Translations under genes and position numbers: made by a program
Shown here: piece by piece, positions 1 through 7,324 of the stretch
How the letters are laid out: every line of letters begins with the position of its first letter
Position numbering within the stretch: position 1 is the first letter of the stretch
Notes under the pieces: model-generated
Told to the model about the DNA's origin: nothing
The model's input: only the letters and a program-made list of their open reading frames with translations
The model's database searches: none
Assembly (NCBI RefSeq): GCF_001945605.1
Contig: NZ_MPKA01000054.1
Coordinates: 1,723-33,722, forward strand
Direction: 5' to 3'
DNA: 32,000 bases
Source: Dubosiella newyorkensis
Lineage (GTDB): Bacteria > Bacillota_I > Bacilli_A > Erysipelotrichales > Erysipelotrichaceae

Positions 1-651
1 ATGAGATATCACTCCAGTCTTTAGATTATCGGGAACCAGAAGGCGTGTCGCACCGTCAAAATAACGATAAGCCTGAATATGGCAGTCGATCCAATCGCCT
101 ATTTTCATACTTGGACAGGCCTGTACATAGCTATACATGCTGAAAGGAAGAGTCGCCTCGAACAAGTAGGCCGGAATCATTTCGCCAGTGTATTGATCAT
201 AAACTGTCATTCGCGTCCCGTTCCAATCCACCATCAGCTTGTCACCAGGTTTATGATTGATATGCATCGTAAGCTTGTGCTTATTGACATATTCCCGGTA
301 CTTTTCGCAGAAGTAACTGTACTGATAAAATGGGATTCCCGCTGTTCGGCTAGCCTGCGCATATTCTTGCCATAACAGCTTGATCGTTGTGCCTGGTTTC
401 AGAAGTTCCTTATGAACATAATCAAAGTCAGGCTGTTTGATCGATAGATTAATTTTTAAATCTTCCTCAAATAAAAGTTTTTGAACATCCGGCTCGTTAA
501 GGTCTTTGATCGAAGACCAGCAGATTTTTTTTGAGTTAGCGATATTGAAAATTTTTCTGACCGTATCTCTGGAAATTTTCAATGATATAGAAATCTGCCG
601 CTGACTATGGTTCTGGGATCGCATCTCCAAAACCTTTTTAACATCTCGCAT
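1..651 (-). CDS. istA: IS21-family transposase IstA, first 217 codons; the gene runs off the window start
   Basis: My own translation of the minus strand from ATG at 651 (GGAGGTG RBS at 654-660): MRDVKKVLEMRSQNHSQRQISISLKISRDTVRKIF...YSYFCEKYREYVNKHKLTMHINHKPGDKLMVDWNGT...LLVPDNLKTGV. The N-terminal HTH followed by the H..PGe...vDw.G block is typical of IS21 IstA. It is absent from the ORF track because it is cut by the window edge. Confidence 0.8.
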   Translation of the reverse strand, partial: MRDVKKVLEMRSQNHSQRQISISLKISRDTVRKIFNIANSKKICWSSIKDLNEPDVQKLLFEEDLKINLSIKQPDFDYVHKELLKPGTTIKLLWQEYAQASRTAGIPFYQYSYFCEKYREYVNKHKLTMHINHKPGDKLMVDWNGTRMTVYDQYTGEMIPAYLFEATLPFSMYSYVQACPSMKIGDWIDCHIQAYRYFDGATRLLVPDNLKTGVISH

Positions 652-743
652 AAAAACACCTCCTGACTGCAAGATTGGACAAGTATAAAAATACTTATCA
701 CTCTATATCTTATAGTCAAGAGGCGAGAATATATTCGAAAAGT

Positions 744-819
744 GGTGGGCTTCTCTAGCGGAACGGGTGGACTTTGCCACCGTATCCAGTGGACTTATTT
801 TAGCGTATTGGGTGGACTT
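744..819. repeat. Four direct copies of GGTGG(G/A)CTT / AGTGGACTT at 22-23 bp spacing (744, 766, 788, 811)
   Basis: Read directly: ggtgggctt, ggtggactt, agtggactt, ggtggactt. The two-helical-turn phasing next to the IS end fits IS21-type multiple terminal transposase-binding repeats. Confidence 0.6.
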
Positions 820-821
820 GA

Positions 822-1361
822 AGTTACGTAATATTCAAATCCAAAAATTCAGGTGTTCCAAATATAATTGCTAAAGTATCATGGAAGAATAATGGAATTC
901 GTAAGTTAAAATTAGTTAGAGATTTATGGGTCGAAATTTCAAAAACATCTGCTGAACAAATTTGTAGTATCTATACAGGGGAACCTATAAATTTTAAGAA
1001 TTTTGATTTAGATCATTTTATCCCATGGAGTTATATTGGAAACGATGAATTATGGAATTTAGTCCCAACGGAACCGAATATCAATTCATCTAAAAGCAAT
1101 CATTTACCGAGCTGGGATGTGTATATAAAACGGTTTGTAGATATTCAATGGTTTCTTTATTGTTGTGTGTTTTCGAATGAAAAGATTCGATTTAAGTTTG
1201 ATCGTTGTCGTCAAGATAATTTAAATGAGATTTGGGCTACAGAACTGTTGTTTGTTCCTGGACGGACCAAAGAAGAATTTAAAAACATTCTTGTTCAAAA
1301 TATTCGTCCAATCTATAATTCAGCTGAACTGCAAGGTTTTACGATTTGGACGTATAAATAA
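822..1361 (+). pseudogene. HNH endonuclease gene lacking its 5' end (interrupted by the IS21 element)
   Basis: The frame of ORF 1119..1361 stays open back to 822 (stop TGA at 819-821) with no plausible start or RBS. Translation: ...CSIYTGEPINFKNFDLDHFIPWSYIGNDELWNLVPTEPNINSSKSNHLP..., an HNH core (D-H ... N ... N). Confidence 0.6.
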
Positions 1362-1375
1362 AAATACAAATTACT

Positions 1376-1417
1376 GTTGTGGGAGTTGATTTTTTAGGTC
1401 AACTCCCACAACTTTTT
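1376..1417. terminator. Rho-independent terminator shared by convergent genes
   Basis: 14-bp perfect stem gttgtgggagttga / tcaactcccacaac (1376-1389 / 1399-1412) followed by TTTTT. It lies between the HNH stop (1361) and the minus-strand stop at 1416-1418. Confidence 0.8.
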
Positions 1418-1884
1418 AACTGGATATAATTAAACCGTTTTTTATGCAATGCTCCCAATTGATTTTTTTTCTTCCAATAGATCTGAATAAAATTGTAACG
1501 ATTTCTTCTTCAATTAAAACGATTCTTCCTTTTCCGTATTTGGCATGAAAGATTATTTTATTTTTTATAGGCTTTTTTAACTCGGATCCAGGCTTAGGTT
1601 TATTCCCTTGATTTTCTTTTTTTTGTATTTGATTTTAACGGTATCTTAGCTGGGTTTTTTTGTATATTTTTTGGGTAATATTTGCAATTTTTATATGAGT
1701 TTTTACCAAGTTGTGGAATATATAGACCTGTCTTAATACATAGAGCGTTTTCACAAAACTGGCATTGATAACATGATTCTCGTTCTGTATCTTGTCGAAG
1801 GGTATGGATAGAGTAACCATATCCAGTATTTTGGTATCCACCTTTGGTGCGATATTTATTATAATTTTGTCTAGACATAATCAA
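1416..1884 (-). pseudogene. Cys-rich hypothetical gene apparently split by a frameshift in an A8 run (T8 on plus strand, 1617-1624)
   Basis: The 94-aa ORF 1600..1884 (SCYQCQFCENALC) stops just after the run. A second frame continues with no start codon: NQIQKKENQGNKPKPGSELKKPIKNKIIFHAKYGKGRIVLIEEEIVTILFRSIGRKKINWEHCIKNGLIISS*, ending at 1416. Removing one A joins the two frames. Confidence 0.35.
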
Positions 1885-2011
1885 TTTCTCTTTTCTATTA
1901 ATACCATTATACTAAATTTTATCAAATTCTATTATATAATTTTGCTTTATTAGAATTACAACTCATTAGGTTGAATCGTGCTATACTAAAGCACAAAAGG
2001 AAGGAAACACT

Positions 2012-2479
2012 ATGAGAGTAGAACAAGTTAAACAACATCTAGCCAAATATCAACTATCCGAGTCGATCATCACTCTCGATGAATCGAGCGCATCTGTAGA
2101 AGAAGCCGCCAAAGCCCTTCATATCCAGCCAGAACAAGTCGCTAAATCGTTGACCTTCTCATCCGAAGAAGGATGCATCATGGTTCTCTTGGCTGGGGAT
2201 CGAAAAGTTCACAACGGAAAATTCAAACGCACATTCCACACCAAACCCCACATGCTCTCTAGCGACCAAGTTCTTGCATACACCAACCATGAAGTAGGTG
2301 GCGTCTGCCCATTTGGGGTGAACGATCATGTCTTCGTTTACTTGGACCGCTCATTGCAAAACTATGACTATGTTTATCCAGCCTGCGGAGAAAGGAACAA
2401 CGCCATAAAACTCACCCCACAACAACTGTATGAAATCTCGCAAGCCATCGACTGGGTCGATGTAGCCAAAGACCAATAA
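2012..2479 (+). CDS. YbaK/EbsC-family aminoacyl-tRNA deacylase (trans-editing domain protein)
   Basis: 155 aa with RBS AAGGAAGG. Family-typical blocks: ...AKSL.F......MVLLAGDRKV...EVGGVCPFG....VYLD.SL. Confidence 0.7.
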   Translation: MRVEQVKQHLAKYQLSESIITLDESSASVEEAAKALHIQPEQVAKSLTFSSEEGCIMVLLAGDRKVHNGKFKRTFHTKPHMLSSDQVLAYTNHEVGGVCPFGVNDHVFVYLDRSLQNYDYVYPACGERNNAIKLTPQQLYEISQAIDWVDVAKDQ

Positions 2480-2491
2480 GATGGAGCCAGC

Positions 2492-3619
2492 ATGGAAATC
2501 AAAACCGAAACGATCGTCAAACAATGTTTAGAAACGATCCAAGAAAAAATCAATGACCTCAATACGCTCAATATCTTAGTTATTGGAAAATCGGGTGTTG
2601 GAAAAAGCACGCTCATCAACACGATGTTTCGAGGCGAACTCGCCAAAACCGGACTAGGAAGACCGATCACTCAAGAAATCCGTAAAATCGAAAAGAAAGA
2701 TGTTCCACTCGTTATTTACGATACGCCTGGCTTCGAACTTTCTTCTTCGCAACAAAAACAAGTCAAAGAAGAAATCATCGAACTCCTCGAACAAGGAGCT
2801 CGCTCCAAAGACATCAACGACGCCATCCATTGTATTTGGTATTGCATCAACGTAGGCGCCAATCGAACCTTCGACGAAACCGAACTCCAATGGTTAAGGA
2901 CCTTGACTTCGGAAAATCAAAAATTCAAAGTCCCGATCTTCATCGTGCTCACTCAAGCCATACCTAAGAAAAAAGCGCAAGAAATGAAGCAGCTGATCGA
3001 AAAAGAAAACTTAGACATCGTCAAAGTCGTCCCCGTCCTCGCCAAAGATATGGAATTTGACGACGAGTACACCGCCAAAGCGTATGGACTCGACCATTTA
3101 GTCGATCTGATGAGCGAAGCATTGCCCCAAGAATTAGAAAAAGCCTTTCAAAACGTGCAGATCGCCAATCTCGACGCAAAAAAAAAGAGCGCTAGAAAAG
3201 CGATCGCCACAGCCGTGAGCGCCAGCTTCACCGAAGGATTCACACCCATTCCTTTCGCGGATGCTGCTCTGCTCGTTCCTACGCAAGTTTCTATGATCGC
3301 CGCCATCACCATCATCTATGGATTTGAAGCCAACAAACGCTTTTTGACCGCCTTTATGAGCGCCACGATCGGACCCCTTTTAGCCACAGGACTCGGAAGG
3401 ACTCTCAGCGCCAACCTGCTCAAACTCATCCCAGGCGCAGGCAGTCTTGGCGGCGGACTCATCTCCGCAACCACCGCCAGCCTGATCACGACCGCCATGG
3501 GAGAAGCCTACATCCGCTTGATGGAAATGATCATCAAAGGCGAGATCCGCAAAGAAGATCTCGAAACCCGCGCCGGAAAAAAACAAATCACTCAACTATT
3601 CAAAAAAAATTTAAAATAA
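2492..3619 (+). CDS. P-loop GTPase (MMR_HSR1-like) fused to a C-terminal DUF697-like glycine-rich membrane-associated domain
   Basis: G1 GKSGVGKST, G3 DTPG. C-terminal segment AIATAVSASF..PIPFADAALLVPTQVSMIAAITIIYG...GAGSLGGGLISATTA. Lies 13 nt after the ybaK-like gene. Confidence 0.65.
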   Translation: MEIKTETIVKQCLETIQEKINDLNTLNILVIGKSGVGKSTLINTMFRGELAKTGLGRPITQEIRKIEKKDVPLVIYDTPGFELSSSQQKQVKEEIIELLEQGARSKDINDAIHCIWYCINVGANRTFDETELQWLRTLTSENQKFKVPIFIVLTQAIPKKKAQEMKQLIEKENLDIVKVVPVLAKDMEFDDEYTAKAYGLDHLVDLMSEALPQELEKAFQNVQIANLDAKKKSARKAIATAVSASFTEGFTPIPFADAALLVPTQVSMIAAITIIYGFEANKRFLTAFMSATIGPLLATGLGRTLSANLLKLIPGAGSLGGGLISATTASLITTAMGEAYIRLMEMIIKGEIRKEDLETRAGKKQITQLFKKNLK

Positions 3620-3622
3620 TGT

Positions 3623-3651
3623 TTGACACACCCCAAGATGTAGGGTATTAT
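3623..3651 (+). promoter_or_regulatory. Sigma-A type promoter of tRNA cassette 1
   Basis: TTGACA (3623-3628), 17-bp spacer, TATTAT (3646-3651). Confidence 0.6.
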
Positions 3652-3670
3652 AAATGAGAATTCAGCAATC

Positions 3671-3747
<77 letters not shown>

Positions 3748-3765
3748 TTTGCTGAATTAATATGT

Positions 3766-3841
3766 GGGGTGTTAGCTCAGCTGGGAGAGCACCTGTTTTG
3801 CACGCAGGGGGTCAGGAGTTCGATCCTCCTACGCTCCACCA
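3766..3841 (+). tRNA. tRNA-Ala (anticodon UGC), CCA encoded
   Basis: ggggtgttagctcagctgggagagcacctgtttTGCacgcagggggtcaggagttcgatcctcctacgctccacca; includes the G3:U70 pair typical of tRNA-Ala. Confidence 0.95.
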
Positions 3842-3854
3842 TTTTAAAAACAAC

Positions 3855-3889
3855 GAACACTTTCTTGAAGAAAGTGTTCTTTTTTTTTT
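3855..3889 (+). terminator. Rho-independent terminator of tRNA cassette 1
   Basis: gaacactttctt / aagaaagtgttc stem followed by T10. Confidence 0.85.
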
Positions 3890-4044
3890 CGCCACATTAT
3901 GGTATAATTACAATGCAAGTCGACATCCCTTTCTTTGTTAAAATTCGTCGGCTTGCTTTTTATATGGAGCGAGAAAGAAGAACAATGAAAATTTAGAAAG
4001 ATATGATAAAATACTTATACTATCAACGTAAAGAAAAGAGAAGA

Positions 4045-4254
4045 TCATTCTCTGCTTTCTTTATAGTCTTGGTTTTGTTTCTTATGGGCTTCCATATCCG
4101 CTTGGATGAGCTGCTTCACATACGGAGAAAATTGACGATTCTCTAACCATTCGATCATTTCTTTTTCCGTGTTTTTGTTAAACCGGATCCCCTTTAAAAT
4201 CGTATGTGTTTTGTTGTATTTATTGCTTGCCCTAATTTGTGCAGGACTTGACAT
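4045..4254 (-). CDS. Small DNA-binding protein, probably ribbon-helix-helix (Arc/CopG-like)
   Basis: 69 aa with GGAGG RBS 6 nt upstream. The pattern ASNKYNKTHTILKGIRFNKNTEKEMIEWLE....PYVKQLIQADM resembles small RHH repressors of Gram-positive plasmids and phages. Assigned by pattern only. Confidence 0.45.
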   Translation of the reverse strand: MSSPAQIRASNKYNKTHTILKGIRFNKNTEKEMIEWLENRQFSPYVKQLIQADMEAHKKQNQDYKESRE

Positions 4255-4288
4255 GAGGTACCTCCGCTTTCTCGTTTTTCTACGTAAT

Positions 4289-4317
4289 ATTATAGCTAAA
4301 ATTTACACTATCAACAA
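4289..4317 (-). promoter_or_regulatory. Promoter of the RHH gene
   Basis: Minus strand TTGTTG, 17-bp spacer, TATAAT. The -35 is overlapped by the palindrome CTATC-N6-GATAG (4308-4323). Confidence 0.45.
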
Positions 4318-4528
4318 CGATAGAGCTAAAAAAAATGAAAAAAATTTTTTTGGTTGTAAAAAAGCCAACCCTTTCTCTAATTATAAACAATCAAAATATC
4401 CATTTCCAATCTAACCATTTAAAGGATATTTTACAGTCTCTAACAGGTAGGATGGCGCATTCAAAAACAAAACATGACCATTACCCGTTTTATTTTGAGA
4501 GCAAAAGCTAAAAAAAATATTTTTTTTG

Positions 4529-4557
4529 TTGACTTAAAGGTAGGGATGACGTATTAT
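4529..4557 (+). promoter_or_regulatory. Sigma-A type promoter of tRNA cassette 2
   Basis: TTGACT (4529-4534), 17-bp spacer, TATTAT (4552-4557). Confidence 0.6.
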
Positions 4558-4581
4558 AAGTGAGCAATCAGAAAACAAATC

Positions 4582-4658
<77 letters not shown>

Positions 4659-4679
4659 TGTATTTGATTGTTTCAATGT

Positions 4680-4755
4680 GGGGTGTTAGCTCAGCTGGGA
4701 GAGCACCTGTTTTGCACGCAGGGGGTCAGGAGTTCGATCCTCCTACGCTCCACCA
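4680..4755 (+). tRNA. tRNA-Ala (UGC), second copy, identical to 3766-3841
   Basis: Base-for-base identical 76 nt. Confidence 0.95.
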
Positions 4756-4770
4756 TTTTTTAAAATTAAA

Positions 4771-4800
4771 GAACACTTTCTTAGAAAGTGTTCTTTTTTT
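4771..4800 (+). terminator. Rho-independent terminator of tRNA cassette 2
   Basis: gaacactttct / agaaagtgttc stem followed by a T-run. Confidence 0.85.
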
Positions 4801-4875
4801 GTTTTCAGTCTTCTCTCTTGTAGAGCGAGTTATCACCGACTAAAATGAACAATGTTCATAACAGGAGGGAAAACA

Positions 4876-5292
4876 ATGAAACAATATTTAAACTGGTCGA
4901 TCTTCTATGCGTTTGCAGGATTGGCAGCAGGCGTCTTCTATCGAGAATTTACAAAAATAAATCAATTTACCAACATCAGCACCCTTGGAAAAGTCCATGG
5001 ACACCTCTTACTGTTGGGCATGGTGATGTTTTTGATCGTGGCCCTCTTCTCCACAAAATTCGATCTAGAACAAGCCAAACACTTTTCCTTGTTCATGATC
5101 CTATACAATGGAGGACTCATCCTTAGCGCGATCATGATGATCATCCGAGGCATCCTTCAAGTCAAAGCGATCGCCCTATCCGCGATGGCCAACGGCATGA
5201 TTTCTGGAATTGCAGGACTCGGCCACATGGCCATGGGTATCGGCCTGCTCATTTTCTTGTTCATTCTACGAAAGCTAGCCAGCGATCAATAA
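4876..5292 (+). CDS. Small polytopic membrane protein (DUF2871-like)
   Basis: Start chosen at MKQYLNW (AGGAGGG RBS at 4863-4869). About 138 aa with four hydrophobic segments and a conserved-looking GKVHGHLLLLG. The family name is from memory of similar proteins. Confidence 0.55.
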   Translation: MKQYLNWSIFYAFAGLAAGVFYREFTKINQFTNISTLGKVHGHLLLLGMVMFLIVALFSTKFDLEQAKHFSLFMILYNGGLILSAIMMIIRGILQVKAIALSAMANGMISGIAGLGHMAMGIGLLIFLFILRKLASDQ

Positions 5293-5299
5293 AAAAAGC

Positions 5300-5330
5300 G
5301 AACACTTTCTTAATCGAAAGTGTTCACTTT
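5300..5330. terminator. Hairpin/terminator, third copy of the GAACACTTTC palindrome
   Basis: gaacactttc (5300-5309) / gaaagtgttc (5316-5325) followed by acTTTTT. The minus-strand ORF 5310..5906 has its stop codon in the loop. Confidence 0.7.
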
Positions 5331-5906
5331 TTGCGTTTCACCTGTGTTGAACCGAATGAGCGCAGAGTCTTCATAAAGCGTGATCGAATCGATCAGCAAA
5401 TCGATCAGACTCCAAGCATATTTTGGATCGGTTCGGACGTTTTCTTGGACCTCTTTTAATCGATCCATCACCATCGACTCACTCAAAACGATCGACTCTT
5501 TCTTCTCTTGCTCGATCAAAGCTTGTAGTTGGATCTCTTCTTTTTTGAGCTCTAAAGCCCGTGCTAACTCCGACTCTGAAACGTTTCCATCCTCGATTCG
5601 AGCCATCAGCTTTTCTTTTTCGCGCATGCATGTCTGCAAACGCGCTTCGAACGAAGCCAAAGACAAACGGCCTTGTTTCTCCTTCGCGTATTCTTGGCTG
5701 ACGATCTTAGCGATCTTCGCTATGTTTTCCAACGTCAAAAATTCGATCGCACACTCTAGGATGATCGGATCCAAAACACCCCTACGAATCTTTTTTACAC
5801 CATCTTGACTAGGACAAACATAATGATCGCCTTCGATCACAGCTCTCGAATGAGAACATCCACAAAAAACTTTGGGCGCCAACACATAGTTATAGTTGCG
5901 ATTCAA
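5310..5906 (-). pseudogene. C-terminal remnant of a large serine recombinase (zinc-ribbon plus coiled-coil part only)
   Basis: NYNYVLAPKVFCGCSHSRAVIEGDHYVCPSQ resembles the recombinase zinc beta-ribbon and is followed by a long E/K/L-rich coiled coil. The resolvase catalytic and recombinase domains are absent. The frame opens only 13 codons upstream (stop at 5943-5945). TTG start with a GAGAGGAAG RBS-like sequence. Confidence 0.6.
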
Positions 5907-6136
5907 CGTAGATCTTCCTCTCTTTTTCTTTATTTCTTGATCCTAATTCCTATAGTACAAAAAACGATCCTGAAAAAGAAAGACTTCTTTTGATGCATTT
6001 TTGAATTATTTTTGATAAATGTTACAAAATCCCCGAAATTATACTTTACTATTGGTGTAATATTCGTTATATTGCTGACTCAGAGGTCCAAATTTGCTTG
6101 CTGTGCTAGTGAGAAACAAAAAAAAGACGACCTCTA

Positions 6137-6164
6137 TGAAGCGTTCTTCGGGACGCTTCTTTTT
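6137..6164 (+). terminator. Orphan rho-independent terminator in a non-coding region
   Basis: gaagcgt (6137-6143) / acgcttc (6152-6158) followed by T6. No credible CDS lies upstream on the plus strand. Confidence 0.55.
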
Positions 6165-6391
6165 TCTATTTTCATTCCCAAAAAAAGCAAAAGCGACAGA
6201 AGATCTGCCACTTTTGTATTTTTTAAGTTTATTTAAGGAGAGAGATTATAGAAGAGATTTTTACGTGTCCCTTAACACACCTATAAGGTACCGCTTTCTT
6301 ATCGATAAACTATGCCTCTAATTTGGGAAACAATGTGACTTTCGCCCCGAATATGTAAAATTACATGAATTTTTAGGGAGAAGCAATGCTG

Positions 6392-6400
6392 TGATATAAT
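6392..6400 (+). promoter_or_regulatory. Extended -10 promoter element for the ftsX-M23-ftsE-ftsX-ctp cluster
   Basis: TGATATAAT (TGnTATAAT). Confidence 0.5.
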
Positions 6401-6421
6401 GTGACCGATCGGAGGATGAAA

Positions 6422-7324
6422 ATGACTCTATTTTTTAGAAGCTTGCCAAGACTTTGGCGCAAAGCCAGCCTAGATCTAAAACGACATTTTGCCATGACCT
6501 TTTCCGCCTCGCTCTCGATCGGGATCGCTTTGCTCATGGCCATGCTTTTGCTGATCAGCGCTGCAAATATTGCCAACTTCACCCAACATATCGAACAAGA
6601 ACTTATGATCCAAGTCTCCTTGCAGCCAACGCTCGATGCTTCACAACAAGAAAACATCCAGCAACAGCTCGTCAACATCCAAGGCGTCAAGAACGTCACC
6701 TATTCCTCCAAAGAAGAGGAACTCGACAAATTGATCCAAGAAAACGGAGACATCTTCGCCCAATACGCTCAAGAAGGAAGAAACCCCCTCTATAATGTCT
6801 TTTTGATCGAAGCCGATCACGCCGACCAAATCGAAACGATCTCAAAAAAAGCGAAAACGATCCATGGCGTGATCGACGTCAGCTATGGCGGAGGCGCGAT
6901 CCAAAAACTCATCGCCCTCTTTAAAAATGTCCGCATATGGGGCACTCTCTTTGTCGCCCTCATGATCCTGCTAGCCATCTATCTCATACGAAATACGATC
7001 AAAATGACGATCCATGTCCGTAAGGACGAGATCGCCATCATGCGCCAAGTCGGCGCCTATAATTGGTTCATCACGGTCCCATTCGTATTGGAAGGAATGA
7101 TCATCGGCCTAAGAGGCGCCTTGATCCCCGCCCTGATCGCCGGCATTGGCTATCCGCTCTTATATCAAACGATGAACGGTGTCTTTTTATCCGACATGTT
7201 CATCCTTCTTTCACCGATCCCCTTTATTCTCTATCTTGTCGCTTTTTTGCTTTTGTTAGGCTTAGGCGCAGGATTGGTCGGCTCCTATCTAGCCGTTAGA
7301 AAATATGTGAGATTTATCCGATGA
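6422..7324 (+). CDS. ftsX: FtsX-family permease, paralog 1
   Basis: Four-TM FtsX layout with an extracytoplasmic loop: ...YSSKEEELDKL...NPL.NVF...YGG...IMRQVGA. Start set at ATG 6422, 6 nt after GGAGG; the ORF track start 6401 is a GTG with no RBS. Confidence 0.85.
   Translation: MTLFFRSLPRLWRKASLDLKRHFAMTFSASLSIGIALLMAMLLLISAANIANFTQHIEQELMIQVSLQPTLDASQQENIQQQLVNIQGVKNVTYSSKEEELDKLIQENGDIFAQYAQEGRNPLYNVFLIEADHADQIETISKKAKTIHGVIDVSYGGGAIQKLIALFKNVRIWGTLFVALMILLAIYLIRNTIKMTIHVRKDEIAIMRQVGAYNWFITVPFVLEGMIIGLRGALIPALIAGIGYPLLYQTMNGVFLSDMFILLSPIPFILYLVAFLLLLGLGAGLVGSYLAVRKYVRFIR

Larger units (their letters stand above)
1..835 (-). mobile_element. Partial IS21-family insertion sequence (istA 5' part plus one terminus)
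   Basis: istA is followed upstream by a 170-bp non-coding end carrying multiple direct repeats, as in IS21-family termini. The flanking HNH reading frame opens only at 822. The exact terminus (about 820-840) is not resolved. Confidence 0.65.

Noticed and set aside
79-375. 98-aa plus-strand ORF at the window start
   Set aside because: It is antisense to the IS21 istA reading frame, which has clear family motifs.
4845-4859. LexA (Cheo) box upstream of the DUF2871-like gene
   Set aside because: The sequence is GAAC-N3-GTTC, whereas the Gram-positive SOS box is GAAC-N4-GTTC. I also found no such box upstream of uvrB.
5930-5998. 22-codon minus-strand ORF (MHQKKSFFFRIVFCTIGIRIKK) as a type I toxin-like peptide
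   Set aside because: It has no Shine-Dalgarno sequence, a very short and only partly hydrophobic product, and no evident antisense RNA partner.
6012-6321. 74- and 75-aa plus-strand ORFs in the non-coding region upstream of ftsX
   Set aside because: They overlap each other in different frames, run through a terminator hairpin and poly-A/T tracts, and have no RBS.
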